Origin: an uncultured Azospirillaceae bacterium
Lineage (GTDB): Bacteria; Pseudomonadota; Alphaproteobacteria; RF32; CAG-239
Direction of reading: 5' to 3'
Assembly (NCBI GenBank): GCA_964655915.1
Contig: CAZZNV010000001.1
Coordinates: 102,250 to 166,249, forward strand
Length of the DNA stretch: 64,000 nt
The notes under the pieces are model-generated. The model made no database searches, was not told the DNA's origin, and saw nothing but the letters and a program-made list of their open reading frames with translations. Positions 30,576 through 39,670 of the stretch are shown here, piece by piece. Position numbers and translations under genes: made by a program. The first letter of the stretch is position 1; every line of letters begins with the position of its first letter.

Positions 30576-32054
30576 TTGAATGTTTTTGGATTTAATTTAT
30601 TTGATTGGGGAGCGGAAATGGCTGAAGAAGCAATAAGTAATAACACTGTTCAAGACCAATGGGGACAAATTTGCAGCCAATTGAAAAACGAGGTTGGAGA
30701 AACCGCTTTTGAAAGCTGGTTAAAACCTCTGACTTTAGGAACTTTTAACGACGGCGTTATGAATATCTGTGTTCCGACACGCTTCATGAGAAACTGGGTC
30801 ATCACTCATTACAGCGACCGCATCCACAAAATTTGGGAAAAGAAAAATCCGGCGATAAAGAACGTTAACTTCATTGTTCAAGCTGTTCAAGAAGAGGCTC
30901 ACGGTCTTTACAATCCGACATGCCGTTCGTTATTGAAAAAAATATCGTCGACTCCAGTTCCTCAAAATATTTACCAATCAGGATCTTCTGCCTTTGTGGC
31001 CAACAGCAACAATGGCGTTATGAACGACACTTTATCTGTTCCTCTTAACCCGCAATACACGTTTGACAATTTTGTTGTCGGGAAAACAAATGAGTTTGCT
31101 TATGCGGCAGCTCGCAAGGTTGCCGAATCTCGCAATGTTTCTTTTAATCCTCTGTTTCTTTATTCAGGTGTCGGATTGGGGAAAACCCACCTGATGCACG
31201 CCATTGCATGGCACATCAAACAGCAGGATCCGAGCCGCAACATTGTTTATTTGTCTGCTGAAAAGTTTATGTATAAGTTTGTTCGCGCTTTGCGTTACAA
31301 AGACACGACAGCTTTCAAAGAGCAATTCCGTTCCGTTGACGTGTTGATGGTTGATGATGTTCAATTCATGGGCGGGAAAGACAACACCCAAGAGGAATTT
31401 TTCTATACCTTTAACTCCTTAATTGAAGAAGGCCGCCAGATTATTATCTCAGCCGATAAATCTCCTGCTGATTTGGAGGGCATTGAAGCCCGTCTGAAAT
31501 CACGCTTGGGCTGCGGACTGGTTGCCGATATTCACCCGACAGATTTTGACTTAAGAATGGGGATTCTTAACAACAAAGCACAACAGCTCGGTATTGAATT
31601 GCCAACCAAGGTTGCCGAATTCTTGGCTCAGAAAATTACATCTAATATTCGTGAGTTGGAAGGGGCTTTGCGTCGTGTTATTGCTCACTCTCAATTATTG
31701 TCCGACAAAGAGATTACGCTGGACATGACCCAAGATGTCTTGAAGGATATGTTGCGTTCTTACGACAAACGCACAACAATTGATGAAATTCAAAAGAAAG
31801 TTGCAGAACACTTCAATATATCGGTTAAAGAAATGCAATCTTCTCGCAGAGCTCGCACAGTTGCCAGACCTCGCCAGATTGCAATGTATTTGGCAAAGCA
31901 ATTGACTTCTCGCTCATTACCGGAAATCGGACGCAAGTTTGATCGTGATCACACAACAGTTATGCATGCCGTTCGTAAAGTAGAGGAGTTGATTCTTGAG
32001 GATTCCTCTTTAGCTGAGAGCATTGATACTCTGAGAAGGGCTTTAGACGCCTAA
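30576..32054 (+). CDS. dnaA: Chromosomal replication initiator DnaA; likely true start at internal ATG ~42 nt downstream (MAEEAISNN…)
   Basis: AAA+ Walker A GVGLGKTHL, Walker B/sensor motifs and a C-terminal DnaA-box-binding domain (…HTTVMHAVRKVEEL…). A GGGGAGCGG SD precedes the internal ATG. Confidence 0.95.
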   Translation: MNVFGFNLFDWGAEMAEEAISNNTVQDQWGQICSQLKNEVGETAFESWLKPLTLGTFNDGVMNICVPTRFMRNWVITHYSDRIHKIWEKKNPAIKNVNFIVQAVQEEAHGLYNPTCRSLLKKISSTPVPQNIYQSGSSAFVANSNNGVMNDTLSVPLNPQYTFDNFVVGKTNEFAYAAARKVAESRNVSFNPLFLYSGVGLGKTHLMHAIAWHIKQQDPSRNIVYLSAEKFMYKFVRALRYKDTTAFKEQFRSVDVLMVDDVQFMGGKDNTQEEFFYTFNSLIEEGRQIIISADKSPADLEGIEARLKSRLGCGLVADIHPTDFDLRMGILNNKAQQLGIELPTKVAEFLAQKITSNIRELEGALRRVIAHSQLLSDKEITLDMTQDVLKDMLRSYDKRTTIDEIQKKVAEHFNISVKEMQSSRRARTVARPRQIAMYLAKQLTSRSLPEIGRKFDRDHTTVMHAVRKVEELILEDSSLAESIDTLRRALDA

Positions 32055-32076
32055 AATACGGTTTTCTCGCATCTCT

Positions 32077-32110
32077 GGAAGCAGCCTTAGAAAACAAGGC
32101 TGCTTTTTTG
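32077..32110 (+). terminator. Rho-independent terminator after dnaA
   Basis: GGAAGCAGCCTT-AGAAAAC-AAGGCTGCTT followed by TTTTTG. Confidence 0.6.
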
Positions 32111-32167
32111 TGCAAAGGCGCAAAAAATTGTTGAAGAATAGAGCTTTCACCTTTTGATTTGCACTGA

Positions 32168-33343
32168 TTGTGCTACTATGGTCTCAGAAAAAGCTTTTTT
32201 ATACTTAAATTAGGTGATGATACAATGAAATTTACTATTGAGCGCGCAAATTTATTAAAAACTCTCAGCCATGTTCAGAGCATTGTTGAGAAGAGAAATA
32301 CAATTCCTGTATTGTCTAATGTTAAAATTGAGGCTTTGGGTGACGGCATCAGTTTTAAAGCGACGGATATGGACACTGAAATTACAGAGATTGTTGATGC
32401 AAAAATCGCAGAGACGGGTGCAACGACTGCTCCTGCGCATATGTTTTATGATATTGTCCGCAAACTTTCCGACGGTGCACAGGTTGAGATTACTTTTCCC
32501 GATGAAAAAGGGCAATTGACGATTGCCTCCGGACGTTCAAAATTCTCTTTATCCACTATCGGTGTTGAAGATTTTCCGGTTATCTCAGGTGATAAACTCC
32601 CGACGTCTTTTGTTATGCCAAAAGATGAATTGAAAGATGTTATTGACCGGACACAATTTGCCGTATCTACGGAAGAGACTCGTTATTATCTGAACGGCCT
32701 TTATGTTCATGCCAAGAAAGAAGGAGCTTCTAATGTTTTGCGCGTGGTAGCCACAGACGGCCATCGGTTGGCTTGCGTTGAAACACCTTTACCGCAAGGT
32801 GCAGAGAATATGTCCGGCGTTATCATTCCCAGAAAAACGGTTTCGGAAATTCGCAAACTTTTAGATGACACCGGTGTTGAGAATGTAATGGTGGAATTTT
32901 CCGAAAACAAAGTTCGCTTTACAATGGAAGATATTACGTTGACATCTAAACTGATTGACGGAACATATCCGGATTACGAAAGAGTTATTCCGACAGACAA
33001 TGACAAGAATCTTGAGTTAAATGTTAAAGCTTTAGCCTCTGCCGTTGATCGTGTTTCAGTTGTTGCAGAACGGACTCGCGCCATTAAAATGCTCACTCAC
33101 GAGAATCGGGTTACGATTACGACATCCAGCCCCGATTTAGGCAGCGCTTCAGAAGATTTGGAAGCTGTTTATGAGAACGAATCTCTGGAAATCGGTTACA
33201 ACTTCCGTTACTTGCTGGATATTTTATCAGAAGTTAAAGGTGACAGCGTCAGAATTTCGTTCTCAGATGCCTCATCCCCTTCGGTTATTCATGATACATC
33301 TGATTCCAGTGCTATTTATGTTTTGATGCCGATGAGGGTATAA
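32168..33343 (+). CDS. dnaN: DNA polymerase III beta sliding clamp; likely start ATG ~32225 (MKFTIERANLLKTL)
   Basis: Canonical DnaN N-terminus and three-domain length (372 aa from the internal start). Confidence 0.95.
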   Translation: MCYYGLRKSFFILKLGDDTMKFTIERANLLKTLSHVQSIVEKRNTIPVLSNVKIEALGDGISFKATDMDTEITEIVDAKIAETGATTAPAHMFYDIVRKLSDGAQVEITFPDEKGQLTIASGRSKFSLSTIGVEDFPVISGDKLPTSFVMPKDELKDVIDRTQFAVSTEETRYYLNGLYVHAKKEGASNVLRVVATDGHRLACVETPLPQGAENMSGVIIPRKTVSEIRKLLDDTGVENVMVEFSENKVRFTMEDITLTSKLIDGTYPDYERVIPTDNDKNLELNVKALASAVDRVSVVAERTRAIKMLTHENRVTITTSSPDLGSASEDLEAVYENESLEIGYNFRYLLDILSEVKGDSVRISFSDASSPSVIHDTSDSSAIYVLMPMRV

Positions 33344-33353
33344 CAGATAAGAA

Positions 33354-34586
33354 ATGAGCGACAATCTGGCTTATAATTTATCCGATTTTTCTTCGTTAAA
33401 GTCAGGCGTTACACGTCTGACTTTAACTGACTTTAGGAATTATCAGTTTTTACGCATAGAAGCTGACTTAGAGCCTGTTGTTATTTATGGTGAAAACGGA
33501 AGCGGAAAAACAAATATCTTGGAAGCTATTTCGTTTTTGACTCCGGGGAGAGGGCTGCGTGGCGCTAAGCTGTCTGACATAAAAAGAATCACCCCTCAAA
33601 ACTTTAATGATGAATATCGTCCAACCGCTATAAATCCTTTCAGCTGGGCTGTTTCCACAGAAGTTTGTTGCAACGGAGATTATATAAACATAGCTACTGC
33701 CGTTGAAAGATCGTCACGAGAAATCGAAGAAGATGATGGGACTCGCTCTTTTGAAAGGCGGATTGTTAAGATAGACGGCAACAAAATTTCTTCTCAGGGC
33801 GAACTTGGAAAATATATTTCCGCTATTTGGCTTACTCCGCAGATGGACAGAATGTTTCGCGGCGGCGCTCAACCCAGACGCAGTTTCTTAGACCGATTGG
33901 TTTTTGCCTTTGATACGGAACATGCCAAGAGAACTGCAAACTTTGAACATTTGTACAAAGAATGGTATCGTTTGCTGAAAGAAGGAAAAAACGACCCTCA
34001 CTGGCTTTCCGGATTGGAGGAAAACATGGCGGCCATCGGCGTGGCGATTGCCGCGGCCAGACGTGAACAAATTGCCCGATTGAACACTTTTATCGAGCAT
34101 GAACCTGACGATGTTTTCCCTTCTGTTCGTTTGGAATTAGACGGCTTGGTTGAAAAGTGGCTGGATACAATGCCGGCTATTGAAGCGGAAGACAGATACC
34201 GCAGTTTGTTGCACAACCAGCGTAAGCGAGTGCTGTATAACGACTCGGTGGATGGAGTTAATCGTACAGATTTCAAAGTTTTTTATAAAAAGAAAGGCAT
34301 GCCTGCCGAGCTATGTTCAACCGGAGAACAAAAATCTTTACTTATCAGCGTTATTTTAGCGCAAAGCAAATGTCAGACACTGCACAAAGGATTTGCTCCG
34401 GTTTTGTTGCTTGATGAAGTTGTGGCACACTTAGACGAACTGAAAAGAGAGGCTTTGCTCGAAAAAATTTGTAATCTTGGCGCTCAGGCGTGGATTACTT
34501 CGACTGATGAGGATTTGTTTGCCAGTTTGCGAGGTTATGCGCAATTTTGGGAAGTGAAGAACAACACCGTGACATCTCGTTCATGA
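33354..34586 (+). CDS. recF: DNA replication and repair protein RecF
   Basis: 410 aa with Walker A GENGSGKTNILEAI, an SMC-like signature, and Walker B/D-loop LLLDEVVAHLD. It starts 11 nt after dnaN. Confidence 0.9.
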   Translation: MSDNLAYNLSDFSSLKSGVTRLTLTDFRNYQFLRIEADLEPVVIYGENGSGKTNILEAISFLTPGRGLRGAKLSDIKRITPQNFNDEYRPTAINPFSWAVSTEVCCNGDYINIATAVERSSREIEEDDGTRSFERRIVKIDGNKISSQGELGKYISAIWLTPQMDRMFRGGAQPRRSFLDRLVFAFDTEHAKRTANFEHLYKEWYRLLKEGKNDPHWLSGLEENMAAIGVAIAAARREQIARLNTFIEHEPDDVFPSVRLELDGLVEKWLDTMPAIEAEDRYRSLLHNQRKRVLYNDSVDGVNRTDFKVFYKKKGMPAELCSTGEQKSLLISVILAQSKCQTLHKGFAPVLLLDEVVAHLDELKREALLEKICNLGAQAWITSTDEDLFASLRGYAQFWEVKNNTVTSRS

Positions 34587-34593
34587 TTTAAGG

Positions 34594-34761
34594 TCAGCGT
34601 CCGCTGTTGCCACCTCTTCCTCCGCGACCGGCTACCGCCATTTGCTGCGCTTTAGCTGAGTTTGTCTCTCTTGCTTTTTCTTCTGCCTGTTTTTGGCGAG
34701 CTAAGGCATAATTTAAAGCATCTTCTTCATCATATTCGATTTCTTTGTCATCTTCAGTCAT
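34594..34761 (-). CDS. Small 55-aa acidic protein with Gly/Arg-rich C-terminus (MTEDDKEIEYDEEDALNYALARQKQAEEKARETNSAKAQQMAVAGRGGRGGNSGR), translationally coupled to the upstream ABC exporter gene
   Basis: Own translation. Its ATG overlaps the exporter stop in an ATGA arrangement (34758-34761). It is not in the ORF track because it is <60 aa. Confidence 0.4.
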   Translation of the reverse strand: MTEDDKEIEYDEEDALNYALARQKQAEEKARETNSAKAQQMAVAGRGGRGGNSGR

Positions 34762-36503
34762 TTGACAAATCCTTCGGCCTGCATTTTATATAGTTTGGCA
34801 TAAACCCCTTTTTGGCGAAGCAAACTCCGATGGGTTCCTTCTTCAACAATACGCCCTTTTTCAAAAACCAGAATCCTATCCATCTCCCGTAGCGTGCTCA
34901 ATCGATGAGCTATGGCTATAACTGTTTTTCCTTTCATCAAATTATTCAAAGACTTTTGGATATAAGCTTCGCTGGCGCTGTCCAGTGCAGATGTCGCCTC
35001 ATCAAAAATTAGAATCGGAGCATTTTTCAATATCGCCCGCGCAATGGCAACTCTCTGTTTCTCTCCACCGGAAAGAACGACTCCTCGCTCGCCGACTTTC
35101 GTTTCATAACCTTTGGGAAACTGATTGATGAATATATCTGCAAAGGCTTGTTTGGCTGCATTTTCAACTTCTGCATCAGAGGCATTGGTTTTGCCGTAAC
35201 GGATATTTTCAGCCAATGTGCGATTAAACAGGCACACATCTTGAGGCATAACGGAAATATTACGATGCAGCGAATCTTGCTTAAGGTCGCGAATATCAAT
35301 ATCGTTTATTTTGATGCCCCCCTCTGTTACGTCAAAATAGCGGGACAATAGTTTAATAAAGGTGGATTTTCCGGCGCCTGAAGCACCAACCAAACCTATT
35401 TTTTCACCTGCTTTTATGGTCAAACTCAGGTTTTCAAAAAGATCTCCCTTGTCGGCATAGGAAAATTTCACATTTTCAAACGTGATTTGTGCAGTCTTAA
35501 ATGTTTGGTCAATAGCTTTGGGGCTATCAACAATTTCCGGTTCTATTGCTAAAGTTGACAAGGCCGAATTAATTTTGCCAACATTGCTTGAAATGTTGTT
35601 CGTTATCCACGAAATGCCAAAAACCATTCCCGACAAACGCAAAAAGACCGTACAAATGAAGATAAATTCAGCTGTTGAAATCTTGTTAAAATACAACAAA
35701 GCCAGAGCAAAAAAGCTAAAACCGATAGAGGATAGAGTAGAAATACTCTCCAGAAATAAATGTGCAATCGCGCTGAAACGACGCTCCTTTGTTTCAGCAG
35801 ACCGATATTTCCGCAAATATTTCAACAAGTTCAGGCGTTCAAATTTGTAATTGGCAAAACTTTTTATCTCACTGTAATTAGCAATAGAATCGACAACCAT
35901 TGCACTTGCCATACTTTGCATTTTGCCACTTTCTTTGGAATAAGCCGCTCTGGTTTTTCCCAGTTTAATCCCGACCAATGCTGTCAGAATAAACCATATA
36001 AAAGTTCCCAAACCCAACCAGCCGTTTACAGTGCTTAATATTACGATGTTTACAAATATGAATAAAAAGTGGAATGCCACATTTGTTAAATCGCGCAAAA
36101 TATCCGTTACTCCGCTATGAAGCAATCCGACTTTGTTGGATATGTTTCCTGACATTTCGTTGTAAAAGTAAGAAATCGAGTGTTTATTAACATATTCAAA
36201 GGCATCTTTAACGACCATTGAACGAATTATCGGTAGAAGTTTTGATGTTAAAAACATCCCTCCAAAGCCTGATATTACAGTTATTGCCCCTAAGGCCAAT
36301 GAGATTAATAAGGCGTATGCCATCGGTTTCCATTCCGGATTACCCAGAGCTGAACGCCCTGCCATATCAAAAACTTTGGCCAAATAGAGTGTTGCCATTT
36401 GTTCGCAAAATTGGCTGACCAAAATGAAAAACAATAAAAAGAAAATGCGTAGAGCAAACTTTTTAAGATATTCAATAATAAACGGAAGGGCTGTTTTTTT
36501 CAT
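34758..36503 (-). CDS. ABC exporter, fused permease/ATPase (MsbA/multidrug-type)
   Basis: 581 aa with six TM helices followed by an NBD carrying Walker A GASGAGKST, the signature LSGGEKQR and Walker B ILIFDEATSALD. Confidence 0.85.
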   Translation of the reverse strand: MKKTALPFIIEYLKKFALRIFFLLFFILVSQFCEQMATLYLAKVFDMAGRSALGNPEWKPMAYALLISLALGAITVISGFGGMFLTSKLLPIIRSMVVKDAFEYVNKHSISYFYNEMSGNISNKVGLLHSGVTDILRDLTNVAFHFLFIFVNIVILSTVNGWLGLGTFIWFILTALVGIKLGKTRAAYSKESGKMQSMASAMVVDSIANYSEIKSFANYKFERLNLLKYLRKYRSAETKERRFSAIAHLFLESISTLSSIGFSFFALALLYFNKISTAEFIFICTVFLRLSGMVFGISWITNNISSNVGKINSALSTLAIEPEIVDSPKAIDQTFKTAQITFENVKFSYADKGDLFENLSLTIKAGEKIGLVGASGAGKSTFIKLLSRYFDVTEGGIKINDIDIRDLKQDSLHRNISVMPQDVCLFNRTLAENIRYGKTNASDAEVENAAKQAFADIFINQFPKGYETKVGERGVVLSGGEKQRVAIARAILKNAPILIFDEATSALDSASEAYIQKSLNNLMKGKTVIAIAHRLSTLREMDRILVFEKGRIVEEGTHRSLLRQKGVYAKLYKMQAEGFVK

Positions 36504-36538
36504 AATAAGGGACTTTGTTAACGTAAAATTGACACATT

Positions 36539-37012
36539 TTGCTTATTGTTATAGCATATTTTTCGGTCTTTCACAAGCAAAAGGAAGCTTTTATGGAAAC
36601 ACAGTATTACACTTTGATTGAAAAACAAGACTTTTACGAGATTATCGAAAATAAGTATGGTGAGCTGGCAATCTTTATTGATGCACGCGACGGGCACCCT
36701 GAAAATCCCGTATTGGAGTTTGACAGTAAAAAAACAGCCTTGCTTAAAAGAGATGAACGTTTGGCTGTTCGCTTGGACGAGATTCATCCTGATTCTGTCG
36801 CTCCGCTGGCGGAAGCCGAGTTTGTTATGATTGTGGAACTTAAAGGCAAGATGGTTGAGCGTGTTTATGCCTGTCCGGTTGAAAATGTGGAAGAAATTGT
36901 TTTTGAAGGACGCCAGACTCGCGCCGATGAATTGGTTAAAGCGAAAACAAAAGATGATTTACTCAAAAACTTTGGCGCTGTTAAATCTTGGGTTGGCGGA
37001 AGCTCTAAATAA
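36539..37012 (+). CDS. Hypothetical protein (probable start METQYYTL ~36593, ~140 aa), first gene of the EIIA-HPr operon
   Basis: The ORF ends 8 nt before the EIIA gene. It has no P-loop, so it is not an HprK. Confidence 0.5.
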   Translation: MLIVIAYFSVFHKQKEAFMETQYYTLIEKQDFYEIIENKYGELAIFIDARDGHPENPVLEFDSKKTALLKRDERLAVRLDEIHPDSVAPLAEAEFVMIVELKGKMVERVYACPVENVEEIVFEGRQTRADELVKAKTKDDLLKNFGAVKSWVGGSSK

Positions 37013-37020
37013 AATAGGAT

Positions 37021-37425
37021 GTGAACATGATTGGTTTGGTTTTGGTTACGCATGGAAATTTGGCAAATGAGTTTATATCTGCCATGCAGCATGTTGTCGG
37101 CAAGCAAGAACAAATTGCCGCCGTGTGCATTGGGCCGGAAGATGATATGGAAATGCGTCGTTCTGAGATAATGAAAAAGGTTGAGGAAGTCAACAGCGGA
37201 AACGGTGTTGTTGTTCTAACGGATATGTTCGGCGGAACACCTTCCAATTTGGCAATTTCCTTGATGGATCACGCTCCGGTGGAGATTATCGCCGGCGTAA
37301 ATTTGCCAATGTTAATTAAAATTGCCTCTTTGCGCAAAGAGCACGACCTGAAACAAACGGTTGAAGGAGCACAAGAGGCCGGAAAGAAATATATTACGGT
37401 TGCATCGAAGTTGTTGGGAGTTTAG
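37021..37425 (+). CDS. PTS EIIA component, mannose/fructose family (regulatory PTS of alphaproteobacteria)
   Basis: 134 aa with an N-terminal GLVLVTHG (phospho-His) EIIA-Man fold. Confidence 0.85.
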   Translation: MNMIGLVLVTHGNLANEFISAMQHVVGKQEQIAAVCIGPEDDMEMRRSEIMKKVEEVNSGNGVVVLTDMFGGTPSNLAISLMDHAPVEIIAGVNLPMLIKIASLRKEHDLKQTVEGAQEAGKKYITVASKLLGV

Positions 37426-37430
37426 GCGTA

Positions 37431-37703
37431 ATGAGTGAATTTAGTAAGGATTTGGAAATTCAGAATCGCAAAGGTCTGCATGCTCGTGCTGCAGCTGCTT
37501 TTGTTAAAACTCTGGAACCCTTTGATGCTGATGTTGAGGTTGAAAGAATCGGACAAAGTGTAAGCGGTAGTTCTATCATGGGATTGATGATGCTGGCTGC
37601 AGCCAAAGGAACAACCATTCATGTTAAGGCTTCCGGAAAACAAGCTGAGCAGGCTTTAGCCGCTTTAGAAACGCTAATTAACAACAAATTCGGTGAAGAT
37701 TAA
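37431..37703 (+). CDS. ptsH: Phosphocarrier protein HPr/NPr
   Basis: 90 aa with the His-15 region QNRKGLHARAAAAFV and a conserved Ser region. Confidence 0.85.
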   Translation: MSEFSKDLEIQNRKGLHARAAAAFVKTLEPFDADVEVERIGQSVSGSSIMGLMMLAAAKGTTIHVKASGKQAEQALAALETLINNKFGED

Positions 37704-37708
37704 TCCTC

Positions 37709-38629
37709 ATGAAAGGAAAAGCGCCCCGAAACAAAACCATTGAACTGACAGCAACAGAGACACGACGTTATGTTTCGGAAGCTGTTAGGCTGGGGCGAAA
37801 GGTTGACTTATCTGAAGTATTAAACAAAGTCATTTGCCAAGACAGCTTTAAAGCCATGGAATATCTCCCTGACGGCTGCGTTGATTTGATGATTGCCGAC
37901 CCGCCTTATAATCTAACAAAAAATTTTGGAAAATCCGTTTTTAAGGAGATGGATCTTCAATCTTATAAAGAATGGTTGGATAGTTGGCTTTCCAAGACCG
38001 TGCGTCTGTTAAAAGACAATGCCTCTGTTTATATTTGCTCTGACTGGAAAACCTCTATTGCCATTCCTGAGATTGCCGGACGATATTTTTTACTGCAAAA
38101 CCGTATCTCTTGGGAAAGGGAAAAAGGAAGAGGCGCTCAAAATAACTGGAAAAACTGTTTGGAAGATATTTGGTTTTTTACAAAGGGCAAGGACTACACT
38201 TTTAATTTAGACGCCGTTAAAATTCAAAGACCTGTTTTGGCTCCTTATCGTGATGAATGCGGCGCGCCTAAAGATTGGAAACAAAGCGGTAAACAAAAAT
38301 TTCGTTTAACACACCCTTCCAATGTATGGACGGATATTTCCGTGCCTTTTTGGTCAATGCCCGAAAACACGCCGCACCCGACACAAAAGCCCGAAAAACT
38401 TATTGCTAAATTGATTTTGGCTTCCAGCAACGAAAACGATGTTGTGTTTGACCCCTTTTTGGGCTCCGGAACCACCGCTGTTACGGCTAAAAAACTTATG
38501 CGACGATTTATTGGTATAGAAAGAGAAAAAGAATATGTTGCTTTAGCTCTTAAACGATTGTATCTCGCTGATACGGATAAGGAGATTCAAGGTTTCTCCG
38601 ACGGCGTTTTCAAAACCCGTAATAATTAA
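37709..38629 (+). CDS. Beta-class N6-adenine (N6/N4) DNA methyltransferase, CcrM/M.HinfI-like but lacking the CcrM C-terminal domain; no restriction partner
   Basis: 306 aa with motif IV DLMIADPPYNL near the N-terminus and motif I VFDPFLGSGTT near the C-terminus. The …HPTQKPEKLIAKLI… and …FIGIEREKEY… blocks closely resemble CcrM. It starts 5 nt after the HPr stop. Confidence 0.85.
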   Translation: MKGKAPRNKTIELTATETRRYVSEAVRLGRKVDLSEVLNKVICQDSFKAMEYLPDGCVDLMIADPPYNLTKNFGKSVFKEMDLQSYKEWLDSWLSKTVRLLKDNASVYICSDWKTSIAIPEIAGRYFLLQNRISWEREKGRGAQNNWKNCLEDIWFFTKGKDYTFNLDAVKIQRPVLAPYRDECGAPKDWKQSGKQKFRLTHPSNVWTDISVPFWSMPENTPHPTQKPEKLIAKLILASSNENDVVFDPFLGSGTTAVTAKKLMRRFIGIEREKEYVALALKRLYLADTDKEIQGFSDGVFKTRNN

Positions 38630-38765
38630 TCTTAGACTGTAACATTGTCTAGGTGCTATTGTCTTTCTTTTTTTTCAAATTAAATTATTCATCGAACTGA
38701 TTATTGAACGTTATTCTAATGAGAAATTCTACCGTTTTTATAACCATTGATTAAGGAGAAAAAAC

Positions 38766-38933
38766 ATGACTTGCAATGATATGAGAGACTCTTATTCTAA
38801 AATGTCAGCTTCTGACACATCAAAGGAAAATAAAGAAATGAACTCAAGCAACAGCAAATCTTCTCACTCAAGCAGTAGTTCCGCTTCTTCAACCCCTAAA
38901 AGCGGTGGCTGCGGTTGCTCCGGAAACTACTAA
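38766..38933 (+). CDS. Small 55-aa Ser-rich peptide ending in GGCGCSGNY (MTCNDMRDSYSKMSASDTSKENKEMNSSNSKSSHSSSSSASSTPKSGGCGCSGNY)
   Basis: Own translation. A consensus SD (AAGGAG) lies 7 nt upstream of the ATG, and a strong terminator follows. Not in the ORF track because it is <60 aa. Confidence 0.4.
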   Translation: MTCNDMRDSYSKMSASDTSKENKEMNSSNSKSSHSSSSSASSTPKSGGCGCSGNY

Positions 38934-38954
38934 GCCTTCGAATTAAGCTTTTTA

Positions 38955-38995
38955 CCCCTCTGTTTAACCCCGTGTTTACAGAGGGGTATTTTGTA
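38955..38995 (+). terminator. Rho-independent terminator after the small Ser-rich ORF
   Basis: CCCCTCTGT-(14-nt loop)-ACAGAGGGG is a perfect 9-bp stem followed by a T-rich tract. Confidence 0.6.
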
Positions 38996-39012
38996 TTTAC
39001 TATTTTATTTTA

Positions 39013-39669
39013 TTGATTATATTAAAAATGTTAAATTGGTTAGGAATAAGGTTTTGGAATATGAATAAATGGCTGTTGCTTTTGGGATTGGGGCTATGTA
39101 GTTCGTCGGCTTTTGCACAGAGCGCGGAAAATGTACGAAGGATTGAGACTTATCTGAACAATATTCAGAGTATGGAAGCTGATTTTGTACAAACCGCAAG
39201 CAATGGTGCTACCGCAGAAGGGCGCCTGTTTATTGAAAAGCCTAACAAAATACGCATGGAATATGCTGACCCCACAAACGTTTTAATTGTCGGCGACGGT
39301 AAGTACATCATTTATAACGATACAGATCTCGACCAAGTTACCCACATTGATTATGATGATATTCCTGCCACTTTAATTTTGGCTAATGATATTAAGATTG
39401 ACGGCAAAAAAATAAAGGTTAGCGATTTCTACCAAGATTCAGGCACGACAAGCATTACTCTTGATTACATGAATAAAGGAGATTTGGGTCCCATCACTCT
39501 GGTTTTTTCCAACAATCCCATGGAGTTGAAGCAATGGAAAATTGTTGACCCCCAAAGTGTGGAAGTCTCTGTTTCTCTTTACCAAACGAAAAAAGATGTG
39601 GCTTTGGACGAACGCTTGTTTAAGTTTAAAAATAAAAAGAGCAGTCCTTTGAACTATAAGAAACGGTAA
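39013..39669 (+). CDS. lolA: Outer-membrane lipoprotein carrier protein LolA; likely start MNKWLLLLGL ~39061
   Basis: Signal peptide followed by a LolA core (…EADFVQTASNGATAEGRLFIEKPNKIRMEY…). Confidence 0.8.
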   Translation: MIILKMLNWLGIRFWNMNKWLLLLGLGLCSSSAFAQSAENVRRIETYLNNIQSMEADFVQTASNGATAEGRLFIEKPNKIRMEYADPTNVLIVGDGKYIIYNDTDLDQVTHIDYDDIPATLILANDIKIDGKKIKVSDFYQDSGTTSITLDYMNKGDLGPITLVFSNNPMELKQWKIVDPQSVEVSVSLYQTKKDVALDERLFKFKNKKSSPLNYKKR

Positions 39670-39670
39670 T

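Noticed and set aside
36593-37012. Possible HPr kinase (HprK) in the canonical position upstream of EIIA-HPr
   Set aside because: The 140-aa product lacks the P-loop GxSGxGKS and the HprK C-terminal signature. Called hypothetical instead.
37709-38629. Methyltransferase as part of a restriction-modification system
   Set aside because: The flanking genes are HPr and a small peptide/lolA. There is no nuclease, specificity subunit or helicase nearby, so it is treated as an orphan methyltransferase.
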